Shown here: positions 17,977-28,141 of the stretch, one piece after another | Layout: each line of letters opens with the position of its first letter | Position numbering within the stretch: the first letter of the stretch is position 1 | Assembly (NCBI GenBank): GCA_043803945.1 | Contig: JAZDJN010000012.1 | Location: 32,001 to 96,000, forward strand | Source of the DNA: a bacterium | GTDB taxonomy: Bacteria > Bacteroidota > Ignavibacteria > UBA10030 | Reading direction: 5' to 3' | Length of the DNA: 64,000 nucleotides | Notes under the pieces: generated by a model | What the model saw: the letters and a program-made list of their open reading frames with translations, nothing else | Told to the model about the DNA's origin: nothing | Database searches by the model: none | Made by a program: the position numbers and the translations under genes

Positions 17977-18897
17977 CTAACGCGGTGGCCGGAAGAGTTC
18001 GGGTTCAACACGCTCACCGGGCATGCTGATGGCTTCCAGGAGAGGAAAGGCTTGTAACGTTGTTGCGGGAACAATCACTCGTTGATCATTTTGCAGCCGA
18101 TAGCGCAGTTGTAAACCGTTGACAACGGAATTTGCTTTTGGATCGTTGTGAAATACGGCGAAGCGCGTGTGAGCGACCTTAAGAATGGACTCAATCCTTT
18201 TGGTAATATCGCTAAGTTCTTGTGCGGAGTAGAAATAGTCATACCGCTCCCCCTCCCCTTTCCGATCCCATGTCCTGGCATTTCTTCCCATCATACGAAA
18301 GTACGCGAAGCCATCCCATGCCGATTTCCGAAAAGGCATGTGCTGCTTGATTTTCGGCAAATCGACATTGACGAGATGGAAGTTCTGTTCCTGGAAGAAA
18401 GAGGTCAGATCACTTTTATTCCATGAGTTGTTCCGGAGCTCGAGGAAGAGAGTGTGCTCACCGAATGTCCTGCTGAGTTTTTGAAGATACTCCTGCCGCT
18501 CGCTCGTTCGGGTAAATGAATACGGAAACTGAATGACAACGCCCCCGAGTTTGCTATCTGCCGCAAGCGGTTCGAGCATGCGCAGAACCGCAGTAACATC
18601 TCTGAGCGTTGCGTCGAATGTATGAGTGAATCCACGAAACAATTTTACAGTGAAGATGAATTGCTCGTTCGATGCAACATCGATCAACCACCGTTTTGAT
18701 TGCCGTGCAGAGAGCGAGGTATTATAGAAGGTTGCATTCACTTCCACCATGTCGAAGAATTGAGAATAAAATTCGAGCTTTCGAAAGTCCTTTGCCTGCC
18801 TGGCCGGATAGAATCGTCCGTCAAACGGCGGCAAATCCCACCCACCCATACCGACATAGACGACTGGTCGTTCAGAACTTTTACTGGAAGTAATCAC
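17977..18897 (-). CDS. DUF72 domain protein
   Basis: VG..GW, VEVNATFY, FTVK, QFP.SF, ELRN.SW, YFR..GRN and RYDY.YS motifs. Confidence 0.92.
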   Translation of the reverse strand: MITSSKSSERPVVYVGMGGWDLPPFDGRFYPARQAKDFRKLEFYSQFFDMVEVNATFYNTSLSARQSKRWLIDVASNEQFIFTVKLFRGFTHTFDATLRDVTAVLRMLEPLAADSKLGGVVIQFPYSFTRTSERQEYLQKLSRTFGEHTLFLELRNNSWNKSDLTSFFQEQNFHLVNVDLPKIKQHMPFRKSAWDGFAYFRMMGRNARTWDRKGEGERYDYFYSAQELSDITKRIESILKVAHTRFAVFHNDPKANSVVNGLQLRYRLQNDQRVIVPATTLQAFPLLEAISMPGERVEPELFRPPR

Positions 18898-18943
18898 GGG
18901 ATATGGTATGTTGTAAAAATATGGTAAACCCGGCCGTTCCCCT

Positions 18944-20266
18944 TCACTCTGAAGCCTGTTCTTTCGGAGATGCAGGTAATGGATGTCGATGGACTCGCAC
19001 TTTCTCTATAACCCGGTCTTTCACCTGCTCAACAGTAAACTCCGTGCTGTTGACGTGAATGGTCTCTCCTTTTTCAGGAATATGACCCAGGTTTTCAATG
19101 ACGAATCCGCCTATGGAGAGAATATCCTTCGGCGATAACTCTCTGTCGATTAACCGTTCCACATCGTTCGTCGTCAGGGTTGCATCGACAATATACTCGC
19201 TCTCACTGATCTTGATAATATCAGGCGACTCCCGATCGTATTCATCCTGTATCGTTCCTACCAATTCTTCCAGAACATTCTCGAGTGTCACCAGTCCCGC
19301 GGTTCCTCCATACTCATCGGCAAGGAACACCATATGCGTTTTCCGTTGCAACATGGTCTCCAACACCTTTTCGAGTTTTGCCGTTTCGGGTAAGAACACC
19401 GCATCGCGCTGCACCGATTCGAGCGAAAAGCCCGGCTGGTGATCCTTTTCATACTTGAAAATATCCTTGGTGTAGACGATACCAATAATATTGTCAATGG
19501 TTTCCTTATAGATCGGGTAGCGAGAAAATTTATTGGCACGCATGGTCGCCAGGTTATCCTGAATGAGTGCAGTGATAGAAAGCGCTACGATTGACGGACG
19601 AGGAATCATTGTATGCTTCGCCAGCTTTCGGCGAAAATCCATCGCGTTCAATACCAAATTCCGGTTTGTGACCGTCACCCGCTTATCCTGAGACAACAGG
19701 ATGCGTAATTCCTCTTCCGAGTGCATCAGCTCAGACTCACTGACTACTCTGAATCCTAAAATCTTTAAAATGGCATTCGCAACGGAATTCAACGACCAAA
19801 TAATCGGCCGAAAAGCCAGGTAGAAGAGGCGTAGAGGGTAAGCGACCCACAGGGTTGTATGCTGTGCTTTCTGGATTGCAAGCGACTTCGGAGCTAATTC
19901 CCCTAGTATGATGTGAAGGAATGTAATGATGGAGAATCCGATCCCAAAAGACACGCCATGGACAATCTCTTCCTTTACTACTCCCACCTCAATAAGAACA
20001 GGGCGGACGTGGCTTGCGACAAACGGTTCACCGAGCCAACCGAGAGCGAGGCTCGTAATTGTAATTCCCAGTTGAGTTGCTGAAAGGTAAGAATCTAAAT
20101 GGCTGATAATTTCTTTCGAAATTTTCGCGCGAAAATCACCCTTAGCAACGAGGGGATCAATTTGCGTTGCGCGTACTTTTACTATTGCAAACTCAGCCGC
20201 GACAAAAAAACCATTGAGGAATACAAAAAAGAAGACGATAAATATTTCTGTGATTATTGTCCACAT
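18944..20266 (-). CDS. Hemolysin/CNNM family protein (DUF21-CBS-CBS-CorC)
   Basis: NGFFVAAEFA, QLGIT..SL.LGW.GEP, GELAPKS and DEYGGTAGLVTLE motifs. Confidence 0.95.
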   Translation of the reverse strand: MWTIITEIFIVFFFVFLNGFFVAAEFAIVKVRATQIDPLVAKGDFRAKISKEIISHLDSYLSATQLGITITSLALGWLGEPFVASHVRPVLIEVGVVKEEIVHGVSFGIGFSIITFLHIILGELAPKSLAIQKAQHTTLWVAYPLRLFYLAFRPIIWSLNSVANAILKILGFRVVSESELMHSEEELRILLSQDKRVTVTNRNLVLNAMDFRRKLAKHTMIPRPSIVALSITALIQDNLATMRANKFSRYPIYKETIDNIIGIVYTKDIFKYEKDHQPGFSLESVQRDAVFLPETAKLEKVLETMLQRKTHMVFLADEYGGTAGLVTLENVLEELVGTIQDEYDRESPDIIKISESEYIVDATLTTNDVERLIDRELSPKDILSIGGFVIENLGHIPEKGETIHVNSTEFTVEQVKDRVIEKVRVHRHPLPASPKEQASE

Positions 20267-20483
20267 GCCCGATATTGTTTGGTGTGTTCACTTGTGTTAA
20301 TATACCCTTTAATCGAGAGCTGTTCAAGATAAGCTTCTCTCCTGAAGATCGAATGCACTCAAAGTGTTGATTTTTGAAAAATTTCGCCGGAGTAATTTCC
20401 ATACTCCAAGGGATGAAACAGTAGCAATAAGGGGAAGAGTGAACGAAATTATTGTTGCAGGGAATCTACTCCCAAGAGCCGTA

Positions 20484-23366
20484 CTATTTTCTCAATTGCT
20501 CTGAAATCCAGCCCAGGTACGATTCCATTTTGGCGAGAAAATTGAGATAGGCTGTCGACCATTCAGTTGGGTTGGCAGGCTGGGATTTTCCGAGACATTC
20601 CTGGAACACTTTTGAAACCGATGTTGCAATTTTGTGCTTCCCTTCCTCGATTGCTGCTTCGACATCAGAGGAGTAGAATGCTTTCAGGCTATTGATATCC
20701 CATCGGACACGTGTCTCGGGTGCATTTTTAGCGAAGAACGATAAATCTGTCTTGTTACCCCCCGACATTTCGAAGATGAGAAGATTCCATTTTTCCATAA
20801 TCTTTCTAAACTCATCTTCATTCTGGCAATTATCCATCGGCAGCCGCGCAATAGCAAGCTCGGTTAACAGGGAATGCCTGAAGAGAAGATCGCCTCCGAT
20901 CGTTTGAGAAAGAAGGTTCACATCTTTTTTCATCCCCAAAACCCGATATACTGCAAAATACGTTTCCCGTTCAAAATTTCTGCCTGTTTGTTGCGGCTTC
21001 GCGGGCTGCTGCTTCGCCATCATTTTCATTTTCATGGCAAGCTCGGCATCAACCTTAGCTGGCGGTGCAGGCTCCTGCAGTACAGAATCCTCCGTTGCCT
21101 TCCCTCTCGTTGCGGATCGGGTCCCTTCGAGGATCGCCAGGCGTTTATCCCAATCGATCCCATCAAACTGTTTCGAGGCATCTGTAAATATTGGATTCGG
21201 ATCGGCCTGAGCTTGCAGCAACAATAACATTCTTGTTAACAGCCGGTCTTTATAAATATTCTTGAAATGTGAGAGATTTGCCACGATGTACAAATCTTCC
21301 TCAACGCAGGAAAAGACCGAGTTGAGGATTCGTGCGAGGCGATGCTCGCCGACCTTTCGATCGTCTATCTGCCTGAGTGTATAATCCAGACCCGCTACAG
21401 TTGTATCGAAGATGACGGCTTTCTTGCGGCGGTTGCGGAACGATTGGGGAGTGCCAACTTCTACATTCCGAAGGCCATTCAAGCGCAACTGAAGCTTCGC
21501 AAAGAGCGTGGAGCCCGAAAACGGCACGATTATTCCGACATCCGCTGCAACACGCTGCGGGATCATTAACGCATGCTTCGTAAACTCAACCGATCGCTTC
21601 ATTTGAACTTCATTGAAGGGGATGATTTTTTTCCGCCCGATGTACTGCTTGCAGTTGTGGCCAATTTCACTGGTATCAATAAAATAAATTTTCCCTTTTG
21701 CATGAGGCGAAACAAAAACATTAATCTTATCATCGAAGAGAACAGATGAGACAAAAAGAGACAATTTCGGTGTTGTTGCAAAATGGGATGCAAGGAAAAT
21801 ACACCATTGGGAATTTTGTTGAGCCCAATCGAACAATTTCTGCAGCTTATCGGTCCCGGAAACATGGAGGAAGATGTCCTGCTGCAACCAGGTCTGTGCG
21901 AGGTCACTGTTGGAGAATGATTCTGGGCCAAGCTGGAAGGGATCTCCTGCAACAACCATTCGATCCTGGGCAATCATGGAGAGGGCTGCAAGCGACGGCA
22001 TCTGGATCGTTTCTGCATCATCGACAATCACAAGGTCGAATTGCATGTTGTGCATCCGCGGATCGGAGAGTGCCGTTGAAACCGTAGAAGCAACAAATCG
22101 TTTTGATTGTAGCAGGGCAATCTCATCGATAGCGATAAACTCTTCAATGCTGTTCCCCACCTTTTGGATACCGCCAAGCTCATTAATGCGCTTCAATGCA
22201 GCGTTAAATTCACGAATCTCTTCGCTGGGAATTGGGGTTTGCGCTTCAAGCTTGACAAGTTCTTTTGTCAATGTTTGCTGCATCAGTTGCTGTTTTTTCA
22301 GCGATGCTTGTTTTTCCGCAAATTGTTTCTGGGCATTGGCAAGCTCTTCTTTGTAACTCTTTTTGAGTTTCTCGAGCATAGAGGCATTCTGCGCACGGGT
22401 GATCGTATCCTTATGACCCGAAATTTCTTCCTGGAGTTTCTCTACCAGTTTCTTATTCTCGTTGGATCGATCCCGGAAGTCTTGCAGTTTTGCGTAGTAG
22501 TCTTCATATAAAAATTGCTGGATTTTCGTTTTCCAAAACTTCTGGAGAAGGGTTACACGCTCCTGAAATACTTTTTTCTTTTCGCTTTTCTTTGTGCCAA
22601 TTTCAGAATCGAGGCATATCTTGGTGAGTTCCTCTAACTGATAATTCACCGGATACCCGACACGGGTAAATAGCTCCGGTTTGACGAAATCGAGATTTTT
22701 GCTTTCAGTGACCACCCTGAGAATCATTTGATCGACAGTTTCACTCGTTGGAGAAACGAAGAGCACACGTTTCCCCGCTTTTAAATAATTAAGCGCCGCT
22801 ACAGCCAGAACGTGGGTTTTTCCAGAACGAATCATGCCCCAAACATATGAGACGCGATGCTTAAAAATCTTCTGCAATGCCTCTTGCTGCTCGGGGGGAG
22901 TTATAGGGGTCGCTGCCGGCTGGAATGTGGCAGGAAAATGGTTATCCGGCGCTGCCGGCTGAAAGAGGAACGATGCAACCGTCTGCGATACGGTAGCGCT
23001 TTTCAGTTTCTCAATAATCGGTTTGAGATGATCTTCATGATTCCACACACAGCGGATCTCTGGAAGCAACTGGCCAAAATCGATCGGAAGCGCTATCGTG
23101 AGATATTGGTTGTGTTGAGCCACAATCCAACCGTTGATTGTTACCGATTGTAATTGGCTGAAGATAAAGGAGGCGCGTTCAATCTCGTTAAGGTAAATTT
23201 CTTCCGGGATTTCAAAACGATAATAGAAGTGCTCGGCAAAGGCACCGAGATATTCACCGCTGAACAGGGTGAGTTCTTTTCTCTCTGTCCTTAGTTGGTC
23301 GGATTCAGCCTGAAGAGCTGCGGCAAGAGTACTCTGGAGTTGTCCGTTCTCTGATTCTTGGGCCAT
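20484..23366 (-). CDS. UPF1-like SF1 helicase homolog with coiled-coil insert and degenerate motifs
   Basis: WGMIRSGKT, IVDDA, AGDPFQL, GIIVPF, VGTPQSFRN and ILNSVFSC occur at SF1 motif positions. Confidence 0.8.
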   Translation of the reverse strand: MAQESENGQLQSTLAAALQAESDQLRTERKELTLFSGEYLGAFAEHFYYRFEIPEEIYLNEIERASFIFSQLQSVTINGWIVAQHNQYLTIALPIDFGQLLPEIRCVWNHEDHLKPIIEKLKSATVSQTVASFLFQPAAPDNHFPATFQPAATPITPPEQQEALQKIFKHRVSYVWGMIRSGKTHVLAVAALNYLKAGKRVLFVSPTSETVDQMILRVVTESKNLDFVKPELFTRVGYPVNYQLEELTKICLDSEIGTKKSEKKKVFQERVTLLQKFWKTKIQQFLYEDYYAKLQDFRDRSNENKKLVEKLQEEISGHKDTITRAQNASMLEKLKKSYKEELANAQKQFAEKQASLKKQQLMQQTLTKELVKLEAQTPIPSEEIREFNAALKRINELGGIQKVGNSIEEFIAIDEIALLQSKRFVASTVSTALSDPRMHNMQFDLVIVDDAETIQMPSLAALSMIAQDRMVVAGDPFQLGPESFSNSDLAQTWLQQDIFLHVSGTDKLQKLFDWAQQNSQWCIFLASHFATTPKLSLFVSSVLFDDKINVFVSPHAKGKIYFIDTSEIGHNCKQYIGRKKIIPFNEVQMKRSVEFTKHALMIPQRVAADVGIIVPFSGSTLFAKLQLRLNGLRNVEVGTPQSFRNRRKKAVIFDTTVAGLDYTLRQIDDRKVGEHRLARILNSVFSCVEEDLYIVANLSHFKNIYKDRLLTRMLLLLQAQADPNPIFTDASKQFDGIDWDKRLAILEGTRSATRGKATEDSVLQEPAPPAKVDAELAMKMKMMAKQQPAKPQQTGRNFERETYFAVYRVLGMKKDVNLLSQTIGGDLLFRHSLLTELAIARLPMDNCQNEDEFRKIMEKWNLLIFEMSGGNKTDLSFFAKNAPETRVRWDINSLKAFYSSDVEAAIEEGKHKIATSVSKVFQECLGKSQPANPTEWSTAYLNFLAKMESYLGWISEQLRK

Positions 23367-23638
23367 GGGGACACGGGGTTAAGCATTCCATCCCAAGTAA
23401 ATCACTCGGAATTGCCTCGGACTGGATGCTGCTTTATTCTTCCTTCGGTTATTGATTTGCTTACGTCGATGAAATCTACAAGAATTCACCTAAAAAACCA
23501 ACCGTTCATAAAAATAATTCGATGCTTCCCATTTCCGTTTCAGCATGAACCGGCAAGAACGATCGGGTGATCTGTTGGAATGCAGAGAATTCAGGTTACA
23601 GGGGAACATGAGGAAGGTTTTTGGTAATGCGCTGTTCT

Positions 23639-23812
23639 CTACGGTTTATCGGGCAGTTCTTCGAATGCGTCGCCAAACAACTCATCGGCCACCGCCGAGG
23701 AATCGAAAAAGCTATTAAACTCTGTGCCGATTAACCGCTTTCTTCTATAGTAGAGCGCCAGCACCGAAATCGTCAGGCCAGCAAGCAAACCGATGATGAC
23801 ATATTTTTTCAT
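23639..23812 (-). CDS. 57-aa small membrane protein (absent from the ORF track)
   Basis: Own translation MKKYVIIGLLAGLTISVLALYYRRKRLIGTEFNSFFDSSAVADELFGDAFEELPDKP*, with RBS ggag. Confidence 0.65.
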   Translation of the reverse strand: MKKYVIIGLLAGLTISVLALYYRRKRLIGTEFNSFFDSSAVADELFGDAFEELPDKP

Positions 23813-23942
23813 TCAATTCTCCGTGTAAAGTATCGCGTACGTATTGATTGATAAGGCTATGAGAATATATATTTTTAGGAGAACTTGTTCTACGCTTCCA
23901 GAATTAAAAATCCTCAATGATTCTTTCAGAATCCAAAGGAGT

Positions 23943-24000
23943 AAAAAAAAGAATCCGATTACCTCAATTGCAAATCAATGGGAGGCAACCGGATTCTTTT
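23943..24000 (-). terminator. Intrinsic terminator after the histone-like gene
   Basis: aaaagaatccg...cggattctttt stem with a T8 tract on the minus strand. Confidence 0.7.
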
Positions 24001-24024
24001 CGGATCAAGAATCTAACTCCCTCT

Positions 24025-24243
24025 TTAGTTTGTTGATTGCTCTTCAGTCTCGGGGGTTTCGGTACCTGTCATCTTTGCTTTAACATCTTGTACTTCGTTA
24101 CGAATATCCTGTGCTTTTCGTTTCAATGTTGCCATGTGTTTCCGTACGCGCGTACCGGCAGATTTGTTGCCCTTCACGAAGAATTTTTCGAAATCCTTTT
24201 GAAATGTTTGAATAAGATCCAATAATTCTTGATGACGATTCAT
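24025..24243 (-). CDS. Histone H1-like (Hc1 family) small basic protein
   Basis: DFEKF..KGNKSAGTRVRK.M..LK..AQ.IR motif, with RBS aaagga. Confidence 0.85.
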   Translation of the reverse strand: MNRHQELLDLIQTFQKDFEKFFVKGNKSAGTRVRKHMATLKRKAQDIRNEVQDVKAKMTGTETPETEEQSTN

Positions 24244-24852
24244 CGGAGAATTCCTTTCTATTGATATGATGATTGTACTAAATCGTTTCTATCATTTAAC
24301 CGAGTACTACAATTCACTTTGGGCCAAGTAGGAAATATTCCTTCCTCTTGCCAAACTTCCCCCGTTTGTCGACCTCACAACCATGGCAAGCTTATCATAC
24401 TTCATCAAATCCTGAAAGCAGTGGTTCCATTGATAATTCCAAGATCCATGTTGCAATACCATTATCACGGCCTAATCATTGTCACTTACCAAAGCTTTCA
24501 ACTTTCACTGCTCAATCACCACCGGTTTAGTAAAATTATCAATTTTCGATGGTGGTTTTTTCACCATTTTGAGCAAATATGAGTGATTGGAGTAACTTGC
24601 TACTTTTCGTGATTAGCAATATTTCAAAGAAGATATCGAAAACAATCCAATTTTCAGGGGAAATATAAAGAAAAAGCTAAGGAAATCAAATGAAATTCTT
24701 AATCTAGAAGTAGTTAGTCCCTTGTGCTTCTTTTTGATGATCTTCTCTCGGAATGAATGACCCTGCGGCATGCCATAGGGAATTATCAAGTCAAAAAACC
24801 ATTTTGGCTTGAATTTGTTTACTTCCTGTTCTTGAGCGCAAACTACTGCCCG

Positions 24853-25611
24853 TTATCCAAAGAGTATGCTTCCACCATTAACATTCAGAACAGCACCAAC
24901 CATGTGGTTGGAAAGATCTGAAGCGAGAAACAGTACTGGACCGGCAATATCATCAGGAGAGCCTACGCACCCTCGCGGGATAAGTCGATTGATTTCATCC
25001 TGCATCTCCGGATTGGATAACACATGGGAAACCATGTCAGTGTCGACCCACCCCGGCGAGACACAATTAACATTAATACCATCCCCAGCTAATTCAGCAG
25101 CTATGGATTTGGAAAAGGCGATTAGTCCACCTTTCGATGCAGCATAGTGGGAATAGTACGCCTCCCCTCGCTGACCTGCAGTGCTGGCAATATTAATAAT
25201 TTTGCCATTGTGCTGCTTTTTCATCAAGGGCGCCACTTCTTTGCAGAAGAGAAACACACTCTTAAGATTTATATCCATCGTTTCGTGCCATTGTCTCTCA
25301 GTTATTGAACTGATTGGTCCTCGTTTCCAAATACCTGCATTATTCACAAGAATATCAATCTTCCCGAAATGGTTCAGAACTATCTTTATTGCTTTATCAA
25401 CTTCTTTCTTCTCAGAGACATTGGTTTTTATGATCAGACATTCGCCCCCTTGGCTGGCAATCTTGTATGCTGTTTCCCGTGCTTTCTGCAATTTGGTATT
25501 ATAGGTGATCGCCACACGTGCCCCAGCTTTGGACAAGTGAAGCGCAACTGCCGCACCAATTCCACGTGACCCTCCTGTAACCAAAGCCGTCTTACCCGAT
25601 AGATCGATCAT
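24853..25611 (-). CDS. Short-chain dehydrogenase/reductase (FabG-like)
   Basis: TGGSRGIG, VNNAG, YAASK, PGWVDTDM. Confidence 0.95.
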   Translation of the reverse strand: MIDLSGKTALVTGGSRGIGAAVALHLSKAGARVAITYNTKLQKARETAYKIASQGGECLIIKTNVSEKKEVDKAIKIVLNHFGKIDILVNNAGIWKRGPISSITERQWHETMDINLKSVFLFCKEVAPLMKKQHNGKIINIASTAGQRGEAYYSHYAASKGGLIAFSKSIAAELAGDGINVNCVSPGWVDTDMVSHVLSNPEMQDEINRLIPRGCVGSPDDIAGPVLFLASDLSNHMVGAVLNVNGGSILFG

Positions 25612-25776
25612 TTTACCCCCTATGTACTTGAAGAACTAATAATTTCTGAACAGAACCTTCTCTGTTGTTATATTGTTAATAATTTAAAATATGCTGATCT
25701 TATTTACAAGAAATTATCCGTTTCTGGAAAATAGACGGCTTTGTATGGATGAGAGAAAGGATTGATCCGGACAATA

Positions 25777-26025
25777 ATGACAAAAATAGGTTTTCCCCTA
25801 GACCAGGTGAGGAAAGGCAGCCAAGTCATTATTGTTGAACTACCTCAAGATAAGCACCAGGCAAAGCTAATCCGATTGGGGCTCCATAAAGGGCAGACGA
25901 TCAAGTGCCTGGAAAAATTACCAGGCGGCACCATTATCATCCAAAAATCAAGGCAAGAAATTGCCCTTGGAGTATCTCTTGCACGGACAATCCTCGTAGC
26001 ATATACCCATACTGAACATCGATAG
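25777..26025 (+). CDS. feoA: Ferrous iron transport protein A
   Basis: PL..V..G...I...KLIRLGL..G..I...IALG..LA..I.V pattern, directly upstream of feoB. Start uncertain (TTG 25762 possible). Confidence 0.9.
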   Translation: MTKIGFPLDQVRKGSQVIIVELPQDKHQAKLIRLGLHKGQTIKCLEKLPGGTIIIQKSRQEIALGVSLARTILVAYTHTEHR

Positions 26026-26034
26026 GTGTATTGA

Positions 26035-27909
26035 GTGGACGTAAAACAACCTGAACATATTGAACATCACAAACATATCAAGGCAACCCTCCAAAACAGG
26101 GGATTGGGTAGAATGAAAGTCGCTCTCGTTGGCAATCCCAATGTGGGTAAATCTCTTTTTTTTAATTATTTATCGGGATTGTATGTTGATGTTTCAAACT
26201 ACCCGGGTACAACCGTCGAATATACCAAAGGTCAATTCAAACAATTTGAGATTTATGATACACCGGGTGTCTATGGTATTTCTTCCTTCAGCGATGAGGA
26301 GTGTGTTACACAGGAGGTTGTTCTCGAGGCAGATATTGTATTGAATATTGTCGATTCAGTCCATCTGGAACGCGACCTCTTCCTCACACAGCAATTAATT
26401 GACATGGGGAAAAAGGTCTCGGTCGTATTGAATTTTATGGATGAAGTGCATAAAATTGGTCTTGAACTCGATGACAAATTGCTCTCCAGCTACCTTGGTG
26501 TACCCGTCTTTAAGACAACAGCTACCTCGCATGAAGGATTTGACCTGCTTGAACAGGCAATCGCAGAGGCACGCCGGGGCGAGCAGGATCCGGCCTTACA
26601 CCACGCCCTGCATCAGATGCTGACTACCATTGGCTCGGAAGCAGAGGGATTACTGATTCTTGAAGGGGATGATCTGGTAGCCAAAAAGCATGGACTCACC
26701 CCGGGCAATCAACGTGAACTATTATATATCGAACGGCGCAACCGTGTGAATCTCATCGTCGAGGCAGTATTCTCCGACAAGCACGCTCAGAGCAGATGGG
26801 CAACACTCCTCGGCCGGTGGTCGGTGAACCTCTGGACAGGAGTTCCGATTGTTATTCTTGTCCTGTACCTTATTTACCTCTTTGTCGGCAAGCTTGTGGC
26901 TCAGGAATTGGTAGCATTCATGGAAACAAAGTTTGGCCATGAATTATGGGAACCATGGATTCGAGGTATTGTTACTCAGCACATTGCACCGGATTCATGG
27001 TTGAACATACTGCTGGTTGGCGAATTCGGCGTAGTCACAATGACGATAACCTATTTGCTGTTCCTTCTTCTTCCTCTCGTTATCGCTTTCTATTTATCAC
27101 TCGCTTTGCTGGAGGACAGCGGGTATCTTCCGCGGCTTGCAACACTTGTCGATCGGAGCCTGAACGCCATCGGTTTAAATGGCAGCGCGGTCATTCCTCT
27201 CATCCTTGGTTTCGGGTGTGTAACAATGGCGACGGTAACAACACGCATCCTGGGAAGCGATCGGGAGCGCACCATTTCGAATGCCATTCTGCAGTTTGCA
27301 GTGCCATGCTCAGCACAAATTGCTGTTGTTGCGGCAATGCTGACAGGAGCAGGCTTTAAAGCAATTCTCATCTATTCGTTTACTATCCTGCTCATGTTTA
27401 TTCTAATCGGAACAATACTTCACCGATCATTGCCTGGAACTTCATCGCCGCTTCTTCTCGACCTGCCCCCCATGCGATTTCCACGATTGGATAACGTTGT
27501 ACGAAAGACCGCATTTCGTTCTTATTACTTTATGAAAGAGGCAACGCCATGGTTTTTCGCCGGCGCTCTCGCCATCGGCATACTGCAGATCACCGGACTA
27601 CTCACAGTCTGGCAGCAACTGCTGGTGCCGCTCACAACGGGATGGCTGCAATTGCCGCGTGAAGCAGCGACAGCGTTCGTGATGGGACTAGTACGAAGAG
27701 ATTTCGGAGCCGCCGGTCTCTATGAACTGTCACTTTCTCCGGAGCAGGTGATCGTCTCGTTGGTCACCATTACACTCTTCACTCCCTGCGTCGCTTCACT
27801 GATGGTCATGATAAAGGAGCGCGGGCCAAAGGAGGCGGCGCTGGTCTGGTTTGGTACGTGGGTCGGTGCGTTTCTTGTCGGTGGAATTCTTTCTCAGATT
27901 TTGATATGA
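26035..27909 (+). CDS. feoB: Ferrous iron transport protein B
   Basis: GNPNVGKS, SNYPGTTV, DTPG, LNFMD, LEDSGYLPR, GFGC, PCSAQ, PCVA. Confidence 0.97.
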   Translation: MDVKQPEHIEHHKHIKATLQNRGLGRMKVALVGNPNVGKSLFFNYLSGLYVDVSNYPGTTVEYTKGQFKQFEIYDTPGVYGISSFSDEECVTQEVVLEADIVLNIVDSVHLERDLFLTQQLIDMGKKVSVVLNFMDEVHKIGLELDDKLLSSYLGVPVFKTTATSHEGFDLLEQAIAEARRGEQDPALHHALHQMLTTIGSEAEGLLILEGDDLVAKKHGLTPGNQRELLYIERRNRVNLIVEAVFSDKHAQSRWATLLGRWSVNLWTGVPIVILVLYLIYLFVGKLVAQELVAFMETKFGHELWEPWIRGIVTQHIAPDSWLNILLVGEFGVVTMTITYLLFLLLPLVIAFYLSLALLEDSGYLPRLATLVDRSLNAIGLNGSAVIPLILGFGCVTMATVTTRILGSDRERTISNAILQFAVPCSAQIAVVAAMLTGAGFKAILIYSFTILLMFILIGTILHRSLPGTSSPLLLDLPPMRFPRLDNVVRKTAFRSYYFMKEATPWFFAGALAIGILQITGLLTVWQQLLVPLTTGWLQLPREAATAFVMGLVRRDFGAAGLYELSLSPEQVIVSLVTITLFTPCVASLMVMIKERGPKEAALVWFGTWVGAFLVGGILSQILI

Positions 27910-28109
27910 GCACAATCAGAGAGAAACTGCGCAGCGAACATCGCACCTGCCCCACGTGCGGCAATGGTATTGAGAATCCATTTTCCGAACGTTGCCCGCG
28001 ATGCCTGACCCTCATTCCTGTTCTTGATCCGGGGTGTGGCACTTGCATCCACGGCACAAGCTGTCCGGTTTCAGCAGAAAAGACAAAGCATCAGCGGAAC
28101 CCTTCATAG
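27906..28109 (+). CDS. 67-aa Cys-rich protein coupled to feoB
   Basis: ATGA overlap with the feoB stop. CPTC...CPRC...CGTCIH...C (7 Cys). Confidence 0.7.
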   Translation: MSTIREKLRSEHRTCPTCGNGIENPFSERCPRCLTLIPVLDPGCGTCIHGTSCPVSAEKTKHQRNPS

Positions 28110-28141
28110 GATTGCCCGGACTTGTCAGGCATCTTACACAA

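Noticed and set aside
25660-25710. Fur or DtxR box upstream of feoA
   Set aside because: AT-rich, but no convincing 19-bp inverted repeat.
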